Of a DNA stretch of 64,000 nucleotides, positions 11,288-22,189 are shown piece after piece (position 1 is the stretch's first letter; every line of letters begins with the position of its first letter). The stretch spans positions 840,143 through 904,142 of the forward strand of contig OZ316891.1 in assembly GCA_973895155.1 (NCBI GenBank), given 5' to 3'. The notes under the pieces are model-generated. The model was not told where the DNA came from, ran no database searches, and worked only from the letters and a program-made list of their open reading frames with translations. The translations under genes and the position numbers were made by a program. The stretch is from Marsupella aquatica. Lineage: Eukaryota > Plantae > Marchantiophyta.

Positions 11288-12895
11288 TTATTCTTTAGAC
11301 TTCTCCACCAGGTCACTGATGACATCTCTAAGACGAAGGTACTCGGGCCAGGTGTTGTAAATTTGATGAGAAACTCGGACGTGAGCTGTGACACCTTTCA
11401 CTGGGAAGTTACCAGCCAGCTCCCTCGTGGGAGTAAAAGTGTGCACCTCTATAGAAAATTCATTGCGAAGTCGTGTTCTAAAGGCCAGTGCATCATCCTT
11501 GGTCTGAATGCCAAGACCAGGAGGCAATCCTACCATCGCCATGGAACCACATAATTCAGGAGCCACTCCACAATCAGTGCCCCAGGCCTCAGCCAGCATA
11601 TTCCCAGCAGCAATAATCTTCTTGTGGTTGTAGGCCATCACTGCTTCAGACCCTCCGGGAATTTTCTGAAAAAACTCGAAACCTGCAGGAACAGCAAGCA
11701 TGGCGCTGAAATCCCTCGTCCCCATCCACTCACATTCCAAGGCAAAACCCTTCCCATAATTGTGCGAAACGATCGGATGATGAAGGCGTGGCAGATGCTT
11801 TGTCTTGCAATAGAAGAAGGCCACGCTGGACGGTGCAAAAAACCACTTATGCAGATTCCCAGCATAATAGTCTGCATCAATCTCCATCAAATCCAGCTGC
11901 ACATTTCCAAGGGTTTGTGCACCGTCAACAAATATCTGCTCCACACCATAGCTCCGGCACATTGCAACAAGCTCTTTCAAAGGCATGACAATCGAAGGCA
12001 TGGACACAACGTGGTCCATCAGTGCCATCCGAATTACTCTACCATCCTTCTGAGCTCCTTGAAGAACTCTATCATAGGCGCTGAGAATCTCTTTCGGGGA
12101 GCTGACTGGGAAGGGTATATCTGCAATTAGAATGTGAGCTCCGGCCCGGACAGCGTATGCCTCAAAAGTAATCTGCAAAGCTCCGTATGTGAAATTTGAG
12201 AGCAGGATGCAATCTCCTTTCTGGAAGTGGCCCTGGATGAAGCTCCACATGACATCCATTGCCACAACCGAGGCTGCCACTGTGACATTGTCGACGAGGA
12301 CCAGCTGCTCGACTGCGCAATTCACATGAGCAGCCACCACTTTACGTGATTCCAGCAGCCCTTTGTCCAACGGGCCGTAGTACATGTCATCCGGCTGTGC
12401 CAGCCACTTCTGCATCCACCTCTCCTGCCGGAGCAGCACCGACTTCGGACAAGTCCCGAAACTACCGTTGTTCAGCCTTGCTACTCCCGTCTCGTGATGA
12501 TCGAACTCTGTCTCCCTCAACCTCGTCAAACAGGCTTCGAATTTGAGCTCCGTCGCCTCCTCAGCTTCTCCTTGCGCTTCCAACCTGGGTCCCTCATCCT
12601 CCTTCCGACCTAAGGGCTGAGAAATCTGCCCTTCCACCGGTAATAATTTGGTGCTCTCCAATCCAGCTGCTCCTCCTGCTGCTGCTAGTGACGACGGTGA
12701 TGAAGGGGAAGGGGAAGCGGGAGGGCGAGGAGTGGGAGAGCCACGAGGACTGCGATTGGAGAAGGATCCAAAGGGGCTGCGGATGTCACGGGTTTGGAAC
12801 CTGGGGGATTGGGCGTCTTCACCGCCAGAGCCGAGAAAGGTCTCGTGCATGGCCAGAGCTAGATCCCTCTCCCGAATTGCAGCAAGCTGCTCCAT
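11288..12895 (-). CDS. LCD: L-cysteine desulfhydrase-like / isopenicillin N epimerase-like class V PLP enzyme, intronless
   Basis: Motifs ARLNNGSFGTCP, DHVVSMP, FVDGAQ, YYAGNLHKW (PLP lysine), W-M-GTRD and RVSHQIYN. The first ATG is at 12895; the ORF track uses an upstream GTG. Confidence 0.9.
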   Translation of the reverse strand: MEQLAAIRERDLALAMHETFLGSGGEDAQSPRFQTRDIRSPFGSFSNRSPRGSPTPRPPASPSPSSPSSLAAAGGAAGLESTKLLPVEGQISQPLGRKEDEGPRLEAQGEAEEATELKFEACLTRLRETEFDHHETGVARLNNGSFGTCPKSVLLRQERWMQKWLAQPDDMYYGPLDKGLLESRKVVAAHVNCAVEQLVLVDNVTVAASVVAMDVMWSFIQGHFQKGDCILLSNFTYGALQITFEAYAVRAGAHILIADIPFPVSSPKEILSAYDRVLQGAQKDGRVIRMALMDHVVSMPSIVMPLKELVAMCRSYGVEQIFVDGAQTLGNVQLDLMEIDADYYAGNLHKWFFAPSSVAFFYCKTKHLPRLHHPIVSHNYGKGFALECEWMGTRDFSAMLAVPAGFEFFQKIPGGSEAVMAYNHKKIIAAGNMLAEAWGTDCGVAPELCGSMAMVGLPPGLGIQTKDDALAFRTRLRNEFSIEVHTFTPTRELAGNFPVKGVTAHVRVSHQIYNTWPEYLRLRDVISDLVEKSKE

Positions 12896-13028
12896 CTTTC
12901 GCTCACTCACTCACTCACTCACTCACTACAGATTAGTCCTGCTGTGAGGGATTCGCATGCAAACGTTTCAATTCGCGGGAGGACTAGATCGCGGAGGTAG
13001 AAATTGAACTAAGAGTATGACAATCAAC

Positions 13029-13130
13029 GAACGCTCTCCATCTTCATGATCCTCTCAACAGCTCGAAGAGTTCGCAAGGAACGCTCTCCATCTTCATGAT
13101 CCTCTCAACAGCTCGAAGAGTTCGCAAGGA
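13029..13130. repeat. Perfect 50-bp tandem duplication upstream of the LCD-like gene
   Basis: gaacgctctccatcttcatgatcctctcaacagctcgaagagttcgcaag occurs twice. Related tagctcggagatt units occur at 13222-13270. Confidence 0.9.
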
Positions 13131-13625
13131 AACGCAATCTGCGGGAGGAGAACTGTAGAAGGGGAGCTTCGACGAAGCGGAGGAGAATCAATGAATGCTC
13201 ATCATCTTCATGATTCGTCAATAGCTCGGAGATTTCAATAGCTCGGAGATTCCAGTAGCTCGGAGATTTTCAAGACAGTAAGATATGGATTGGAAAACTC
13301 TGTGTAGTCTCTTTTGGCCGAACAGAGTACAGACTGACAGTCATACTGTCAGCGTGACTGTAACTGTAACTCAAAGCGTAACCTACACTGCAGAAGTGTC
13401 ATCGTGTCCATGTCAGTGTAGGTTAGTTGCGGACGTAAGTACAGGGATGGTGGATGATGACCATTGGATGGCGGGAATCGGACGGCGGTTAAAAAAGGCG
13501 CTGGATGCAGAGTGCACAGATGTCCAGTTTATATGGGACGGCGGCAGCCAAAAAGGCGCTGCATGCAGATTGCGGAGATTATTAGGACTACTGTAGTGAG
13601 ATTTGGCTTCCCTTTAATTGTAGAC

Positions 13626-13766
13626 CATTATAAATCAAAATGTGACAATATATGTCATTCAAAGATACCGTGATAAACCCAATGATTTACTTTAAATCAG
13701 GGTGTGTTATTCTTTTGTAAACTTATATATTGTCACATTGTCACATTTTGATCTGAAATTGTAGTG
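13626..13766. repeat. ~140-bp AT-rich foldback (MITE-like)
   Basis: aaatcaaaatgtgacaatatat pairs with atatattgtcaca...ttttgat; inner arms are tgattta/taaatca. The right end reads TTGTAGTG. Confidence 0.5.
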
Positions 13767-16700
13767 ATACCTATGGATGAACTTATGACTTTTGTATTTG
13801 TTTGGTGCTTGTTTGAGAGAATTCTTTACATCCATTTGGTTGCCAAAAACATATTTCATGCAAATCTTTCCTTGTTTTTGTCATTTTGTGACACTCTTTG
13901 TCAAAGAAAGAGCCAGCACTCATGCCTAGTTAAGCAAGTTTGTCATAAGTTTTTATTGAAATCTTTCAATTAATTGGGTCACTTTTCATTTTTAGTTTAA
14001 ATATTATTTTATCATCTTTTTCCATTATTTATTGAGCAAAGTAACTCTAGTTTGCTTGAAACAATTCGACTACTTTGACATTGGGTCAAGTCTTTTACTT
14101 TGGCCACGCAAACCCACGTCCTTTTAGCCAGCTATTCTACTTAGGAACTAGTCTTGGTTAAAATACTATCGATACCAATGAAACACTTAGGGAGTGACCA
14201 CCGCCAAGCTATGGCCCAGAACACCAACCTGAGTTGCCCATAGCTTAGGAGACCATGACAGACCTGGTCATACAAAATCAACCATGGTTAGAAATAAGGC
14301 AAATCAGGTTCCGTTGTTTTAAGGCAAGGTAACTTGTCTTACAATTTATGCAAGACAACTTGTTTTACAAGTTAAGCAAGACAACTTGTTTTATAAGCTA
14401 GGCAAGAAGGCTTGTTTTACAAGCAAGGCAAGAATGACACCACCTTTATGGATTTTAGTACAACATGCCCAATTTCTTCCATACAACCCCAACCACCCAC
14501 CCAACTAGTTTCTTCTTTCCTCCCACACTTCCCACACCACGTTTTTCTTTTTCTTTTCTAGCCTTTCTCTTTCATTGGATTGGTTTGATGAGGCTGATTA
14601 GAAAGTTATGGGAAAGCCATCTTTCTTCAAGTTCTAATAAGTAGGTCCCCAACATAAAAATTCTCACCCTAAATGGACTTGAGACAACGAAGTTATGGTT
14701 AGAACATTTTTTATGCAACTTAGGATGGTATTGTACCCCAGTAGCACAGAAACAGCACCACGGGTCCCTTGATCAATAGCAGATCTCACTCATCAATCTA
14801 AACATTTGCATGGCTTGCCCCTTGCCTTGTGATGGTTGTGCATGTCATCCACCGTACGCTTTGTTAACCAGCGCTTAATTGTATGCATAGATGGATCAGA
14901 TCCAACAGGTAGGGTTTCTTGTGAGTTTTCTAAAGCTTCTATGCCTTGTTTTAGTATCCCTTCTGGAGAATCTGACTATTCAAAGAAAAACCACAAGATA
15001 AATCTGATGGCAGGGAGTCATTCCTTCTTCATTTCATTGAAAACTCACTGCTGCCCTCTTATCCCAATCACATATTATCATGCTTACATAAATGTCTGTC
15101 GATTAGCTCAGTAATGCTCTAATAATCAAAACCTTCATTTGTATATCTAGGAGTGCAATCCTCGCTCTCTCAGTCTATTGCAACAGCTGAAAAAGGTCGC
15201 ACAGCTCTCTCTTTAATTGCAACAATCATTAAAAATGACTTTTGCAAAAGGGGGCTTTACATGAGGAGGCTGGGGGTAGGGTCGTGATTTGTTTCTCAGA
15301 GAGTTTAAAGTTTAGCCATAGATTGGACTAATTCGACTTTACATAAGAATGGGCAAGGGGGTCACTTTCACTTGATGATAAATAATCCTGCTATACTGAT
15401 TTTCTTCTATCGAGTTTCAGCCTTGCAATTTCGAATCTGTGAATTCAAGCTTCCAATTTGGTTTCTGTGAATGTCGAGCTGCCGATTCTGGCCCTCAATT
15501 CTTCTACTGTATTTGAAATTTGGCAGACTCAATTCGCTCACTCACCCAAAATTGGATTGAGCTTTATGTGTATAGCCGTGACCTGCTGCTGCTTGCTAAC
15601 TGATAATTTGGCGGTGGACACCCAATGAGAAGAATCAGAGCTGACTTCATCTTTCTGAGAACGTAACAGATACCTTTCTCATCGAACCGTCTATCAATAT
15701 GAGAAACCAGCTTGGTACAATGATCCTGAATAGACCTCGGAATAGATGCCAAACTGGCAAAAGAGGTCTGAACTCATGTACGAAAGTGTAGATTGTTCAA
15801 TGTTTGCTAGAAGACTGAAGTTATGTACCAAAGGGTAGTTGGTTAAAAATTTGGAGTGTCTGCAAAATTGGATCAGTTTGCAGCTCAATCCTTGACAGAC
15901 ATGTCCAGCAAATTCTCAATCAGGTCTGAGTAAAAACTTTAAAGGAACATGTCACGACCTAGCTTACCGACGACTAGTCCTGTCTGGTTTAACACAACAA
16001 GCAGCATTTGAAGTAATTCCACGAATTGAAAAATGTGACCGAGGCTTAGCCAGAACCTCGATAAAGCTCTGGCTTATGTTAATGACATTGGAGACCAAAA
16101 AAAGGCGCAGGTAATGCAACAATCCAAAAATTTATGCCAAATTTGAGGCATCATGGACAGCACAGAAGAACTGAGAGTGCTGCACGGACATACTAGGGCA
16201 TAATGGATTTTATAAACAAGTAAACCAACTAACACAAAGTGGCAGTCCAAAGCATATCATATATCTGAAACAGCTGGTTCCATTTTCTCAAATACTAGGA
16301 GTAAATCTCGGTGTCGTCACTTTCCCCTCAACACCTGGTAACCCTAGGTGTACTCTTCGTTTTCGTGTGGTTCTAGTATAGATTCGTATCAACCTCTCTC
16401 CCTGCAACCCGGCTTGTCTTCTTTTTCGGTGATTATCGCTGAGCTACTCATTGTCGTTGAACTGCCCATGCCTTTGGGTGAAGTCGGATCGGTTCCCTCC
16501 ATTTTCCCTCACACGGTGTTCCACCCATGTAGTGGATGGGAGCTAACGGAGTCATAGAACTATTTTACCCCACTGAAGAATCGTTTTCCATTCACGAAGG
16601 AAACCACCAGAGGACGTGCTAACAATTGCTAGTGGTCTTAAAGGCGTGTGCGTGAATGAACTTTACGAGAATTGGAAAACCTTAGACAGTGCTTACGACG

Positions 16701-17091
16701 AACTAACTTGGAAGCATTGTAACTTACGGAGCCATGAAATTGCTGCGAGAGAACATTGCATTGAAGAGCTACATTACATTGACAAGATTTCTGTGAAAGT
16801 CCAATGAACCTTCACCACGCAAAAGTACACAAGAAATTAATGAAAGAAACTTTCAATCCTGCAAGGAATCCAAAAGGCAAGCTCGCGTGGGAACGACCTT
16901 CTCTTCACTTATTTCTTCATCTTGAAGAGCGAGCAAGCAGCAGGTCGAGAAAATTGCCAAGGTTGCAATTAACTCTTCAGCTCTACACAATTAACTCATA
17001 ACGTTTGAGGAATGAGAGCTGGTCGCAAAGTATCAGGTAGAGGATGAGAGACTCAAAATTGGAGGTCCGAGCCAGCTGCAACTTACAAGAT

Positions 17092-17726
17092 CTAGACCAA
17101 CTTGTCTTCTACGTCTGTAATCAGCTTTCTTGCATCCTTGAGCTCTAAAATTTCATCTCCTTGCTCGTTGGGGGGATTCTCCTCTGCAGCTTCAGCCTGC
17201 AAGGTGCAGACTGCTAAGAAAATCGCCTGGCAATGCAGGTAACAAGCATCCTATGACTGGTGTGTGATAACAATAGCACAATCAAAACATATTACGCTCG
17301 ACAACTGGTCATCTCATGCGACTGAAGTCAGGGCGAAGGACAGAGACTTCACTTACAACATAATCCTGCAGCTTGATAACAGCTTCTTTCAGTCGCTTCC
17401 TGCACTCCGGAACCATCATCTTTGATTCTGCCAACACATTTTCCTGCTCCGGTGAAAGCAAAGCATTATTCTCATGAACACATAACTCACGCAAGACGAA
17501 TTGTGAATCCCAGCATTCCTAAACGAGAAGACAAGCGCATCACGTCTCATTTGTAGCGGAAGGGAAAACAGACCTGCTGCTTAATGTCATGAGGGGGGGC
17601 CCCATTTTCGTGCATCTTCGCCGTCTTAGCAGTGTCGGTCTCCACCTCCTTCTCATACGACACCAGCTCCTTCAATACTCTTCGGCAAATGTTGGTCTGG
17701 ATCTTCAATTGCTTCAATGTAGCCAT
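17092..17726 (-). CDS. TBCA: Tubulin-folding cofactor A
   Basis: Exons 17726-17574 (MATLKQLKIQTNICRRVLKELVSYEKEV...DIKQQ), 17443-17357 (ENVLAESKMMVPECRKRL) and 17196-17092 (…ELKDARKLITDVEDKLV*), all GT-AG and phase 0. Confidence 0.93.
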
Positions 17727-19916
17727 GCTTGCCGAGCTCTGCTGAATCTGCGCAAATGCCAAGATCGAATCAGGGTTGGAGAACGATTTCAAAGCAAGAA
17801 CAGAGAAACTGTTTTTCGATCGATTCTTCGACTGCTAGCAAGACCCACCTCTTTTAAGTACACTGTGGTACTTTGAAGGACGAGCCCTCTCGTGACGGGG
17901 ATAGTCCGACGAGGCCCTGGTGACGGGGCTAGTCCCATACTCTGATTTAGTACATCCCAATATTTGCCGCTTTTTTCTTTTTCAAATTGGATAGTTTTCA
18001 ATGGTGCCACCTTTTTCCCACAACTTCAAGGCCCCATCGGCCATATATCACAGAATTTGAGTTTAAATCGTAACAATTTGATAATCATAAACTGAAATAT
18101 TTTGTGGTTTTGGGGATATTCTCGAGCGGTAAGAAAGGCACACTTTCAACAAAGTGACAAGTGAATTTTTGACAGGTGAGTTTTTCATCATAAAATGCAA
18201 ACTAAGGGTTAAATTTTATTACATTAATTTTCATTGTGTTTGCTCAGGTCTCCTCCTTCTCTAGTTGCTTTCGACACACACATTCTTGAAACAATTTTAG
18301 GAGTCATAATCATCAAGGTATGGGCCCAAAATGTGGTCCACAGGGCTGGAGCATTGTCAGTGTCCCAAGGTCCATCCTGGCTTCAGTTTCCCTTTTTTCA
18401 TCTAAGGTTACGCAAAGTGACTCTGGTTAGCTTTTTTATAATACTATATTGACTGTTTGTTATCATTGGTTAAGCAAATTAACTCTGGTTAGTCATAATG
18501 ATCCAGTTATGACAACATGTTGTCACATTTCTATTCTGGTTAAGCAAAGTAACTCTAGATGCTAGCTTAGAATATCTAATGGAAACATCCTGTCAGTTTC
18601 CATCATCGGACAACTCTAGTCTCATCATCCTCAACGTAACCTCGACACTCTCGTCTGCTAACCAAAATGGCACTTGAATTTGGAGTGGCAAAAGTCCGCT
18701 AGAGAAAGTGAGTCCTTGACGGGGTCCTTGAAACACAATCTGTAGTGCTTTGCTGCAAAAGACAGGGAAAACAGGATATCACCAATGACAACATACAAAT
18801 GGTAAAAATTAGTCACGACATGTAGAACTCGATGTAGAAAGTCATTGCCGGCCACTATGGTCAAATTTCATAACAGCTATATTAACATCTGGCAAAATTT
18901 GCCAAGTTTGGGTATGGAGTTTGTCCTGAAACTAGCAGTTTAAATTTCATGTTAGATTTATTTTGGTTCCCAAGAACTACACCAAAGTTATCCATTCTCT
19001 ATAAATCTCTTTTGGCTAGATGTGGAGTTATCAACCTACAAGCATAATGAATACAGCCAAAACAATCACAATGGTAAGGTGAAAGCTGATTAACCATAAG
19101 CCACAGACTAGCAAATGACTGGTTCCATTCCACCTGATGAGCAGGGATAGACTTAGTTGGCATGTCTCCAGGGCGAGCGCAATGGTAGGACATTGCTGAC
19201 ATGTCCATGAGAACCTACCTGAGGGACTCACTTCATTATGGTGGGTGAGGTGGAGGAAGTGCCACCTCAAGTACCATTGCAGAACCAGACAGTCCATATT
19301 ATTCCCAGCCATCTGAATTGTTTATAAGATAATAGAAGAACATTTTCCTGAGTAATACATCAATAGCAAAACTGAAGTGCAATGGGTTGTGGCTTTTCAT
19401 AACTGAGTGGACAGCCTGGACAATGACCTTTGCTTTTTAATAAGTAACCAGTTAGAGAGCCACCACAAATGCATGAGCTGTTTGTTTGGTTGTTTGCTCT
19501 AAAATTTCAGCATATCAACGCAAATTAAAAGCCTGGCCCAGGGCCTGGCCTCAAGGGTTAAGGCCGTATTACGAGGAATGTTCTATCAGCCCTCAAACTG
19601 CACAAGTGAGCTTGAGGGCAACAAAGGGAGGGTGAATGGCAGGGCCGTCCATGCACTCCTGACCTACTGAAGTGACATAGGACTATGCCTTCGTGTGGTT
19701 TTTATGGAGAGGAAAGGGTGGAAATCATAGACTGTGTTTGAGTGGTGTTCAAGTGGTTGATGGAATTGCTCTAAGCCACCCTCCCCCTCAGGCTCCTTCC
19801 CTTTGGGACCAGGGGCTTACATCAAGAATCCCCCCTGACCAGGGCTTTACTCTACACTTTCTGCAGTTCTAATGTGCTCGTTTAGGACTGTGGTCTTTAA
19901 TTATGACTGTCATCCT

Positions 19917-20260
19917 TGTTAGATATTACTCTAGTCTTGTGACTCATGAGCTAACCATAGTTAGTCTAACTCGTGTTAGGATTTAGCTAATGTTAGCGGT
20001 AGTGCTGTTGTGTATATAGCCAGGGCTGATACCAGACCCTGGTGGAACTTAGGCTCATTGTTACAGAGCTAGTTGAGAGATAGGGAGAGCTTGTGCTGTG
20101 GATGCTTGGTATGGCCTGTCGGCCTAGAGTGCAGTAAAGCTCCTGTGTGTTCCCGTCGATGTAGCCTCATGTGGAGGTGAATCACGTATCTCTCTATGTC
20201 GACTATTGTGCGTTGGATGGTTCATGGGCTTGCCGTTACGAATGTCGTCTATGCTCAACA
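19917..20260 (+). mobile_element. Solo LTR (344 bp)
   Basis: TGTTAG...CTCAACA termini with an exact TSD ATCCT (19912-19916, 20261-20265) and an internal TATATA. Same family as 2234-2565. Confidence 0.88.
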
Positions 20261-22189
20261 ATCCTATGGTTGGAAGCCTCTCTTTGGCCATTCAACCATG
20301 GTGACATTTTCTCCTAACCATGCAATGGACTTACAAGTGCACTTGTGCACCTTTTCCATGCCAACCGATCACATTCCAATTCTCTCCAATGTACTCACAC
20401 ACCTTGACCCACCGACTACCTGGGCATCTCACTTCTGCTTGACATTGCTTTTGCTGAACATGGCTTACCATCAACAATACTTTGTAATGTATAGAAGGTG
20501 TGCTAGTACAAAGGGAAAACTCTGAAAGAGATTTAAGTAGATGCCACTGTTCACCTTTTCCAAGCCCAACCTGTCATTCTCCCCACAACTCACTCCTTGA
20601 AATCCAGTTGCCAGGACGGCCTGCCTACTTAAATCTCACTTATGCTTGACAACACTTACTATCCACAATACTATGCAATGCACCGGGCATTGCACACACA
20701 CTCTGTGAAATCTAGTTGCCTGGTTGACCCACAGACAACTTGGCCATTTCACTTAATATGCTCAACAACATTTACTATCCACAGAATGCACCCAGTAGTG
20801 CTGGATGTCCAACACATTATTCACATTATTGTGAAACAACTTTAAACTAAATTGCTAGTAAAGATGTTCTAATTTAGCAATACTCGCTCATTTGTATTGC
20901 ATTTACAAATATGCCACTATTTTTGTATATGGTTACTCTGGTCATTTTGCTTTACTTGTCATCATCCATATATGAAACATCTTACTAATAAAACTCAATG
21001 CAAAGCCACTTACAAGGGGTACTGTCTAGAGTGAAGCCTCTAGGCCATAGATCTCAATAGAAAAAACGGAAAAGTGAAGGCGGACCCAAAAAAAAAGGAA
21101 TGGGAGCAAACATTAGCAAAACTGACATTGACTCTATACAATGACAAAACTAAGAGTGACTCTCAATAAAGACAAAATAGAAGTGAGACAAAAATGAACA
21201 CGAGCATCTGTATTTTACAAGGTTTTTATTGTCTTCATCTCTATTTATTTGAACGGATAATCAGGCTAGTATGTATACAAAAGAAATTGTGACACTATGT
21301 ACGGGAAGATCCATGCACTGGCATTGGCTAGTACACTCCGAAAATCTTGACGAGAATTAAGTTCATGTTGAGACAAAGAGTGGGCCCCATGGGTGTGTGG
21401 TATCGAAGATTAGAAGCACTAGATTGCGGATAAAAAATGAGTTGACAGTCGATGTCCGGAGCAGAGAGAGAGAGAGAGTGAGTGTGTTGGGCAATGCGTG
21501 CTCATTCCAGTTGTATCCGGACTTCCCAAACAGGAGCTGGGTCGTGGACTAATTGGGGCCATCCTCGAGAAACTTTTCGATTGTTTGCAGAGCCTCAGAC
21601 TCGTCAATCTCCAATGGAGAGAGTGAATTCAGCACAGTGCTGTAATTTGAGGCAGGCCTTGTCCATGGATAGGTAGGGAGGCGTCTGTCGGGGGCCCTGG
21701 CCTGCCATGGAGGAGGCCAGCAGTGAGTCTTCACACCATCCTGGTAGAGGATGTCCTCAATCTCGAGCAAGACGGATGTGGTTTTCTAATCGAGAAGAGG
21801 CGGAGCAAATGTTGCGGCAAAGTGGGGATGCAATCGAGGGAGCTGAATAGCCAAGTCAGTGTAATCTGCTATGCCCCAGCGCTTAAAGTGAGAGTGAACG
21901 GATGCTCGACCGGAGGATCACCTTGAGTGGGTGGGAGCCTTCAGCTTGCATTGTGTCACATATCTCGACCGCAGATGGGCTGATGGAGGGACTTCAGATG
22001 GAGGACGTGAATGGGTCGCTGAATTTTACGTGCCTGCATTTGTTGCAGTCTCGGTTGCTCGGGAATTTCACCAGGACGGGCGTCCTCCCGGTGTCAAGAC
22101 ATTTAGTTAGGTGAATAGAGAAGAACGTCCAACAGCAGAGACTGTTTTGATGCTCAGGAAGAAGCGTTTCCCTAGCAGGAGTTGGCATC

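Noticed and set aside
11624-12130. 168-aa ORF and similar ORFs (9182-9556, 28675-29208, 62985-63395)
   Set aside because: These are antisense shadows of well-supported genes.
15670-16502. Possible small spliced minus-strand gene (MEGTDPTSPK...)
   Set aside because: The ORFs are short with no recognisable homology. More likely TBCA 3' flank or non-coding sequence.
19133-19200. CTGATGA as a hammerhead ribozyme core (also ~47874, ~53804)
   Set aside because: No stem II/GAAA partner or closing stems were found by eye.
21440-22189. Extra coding exons upstream of the PPR gene
   Set aside because: There is an in-frame stop at 22148 and I found no in-phase upstream ATG exon. Treated as a long leader with short uORFs.
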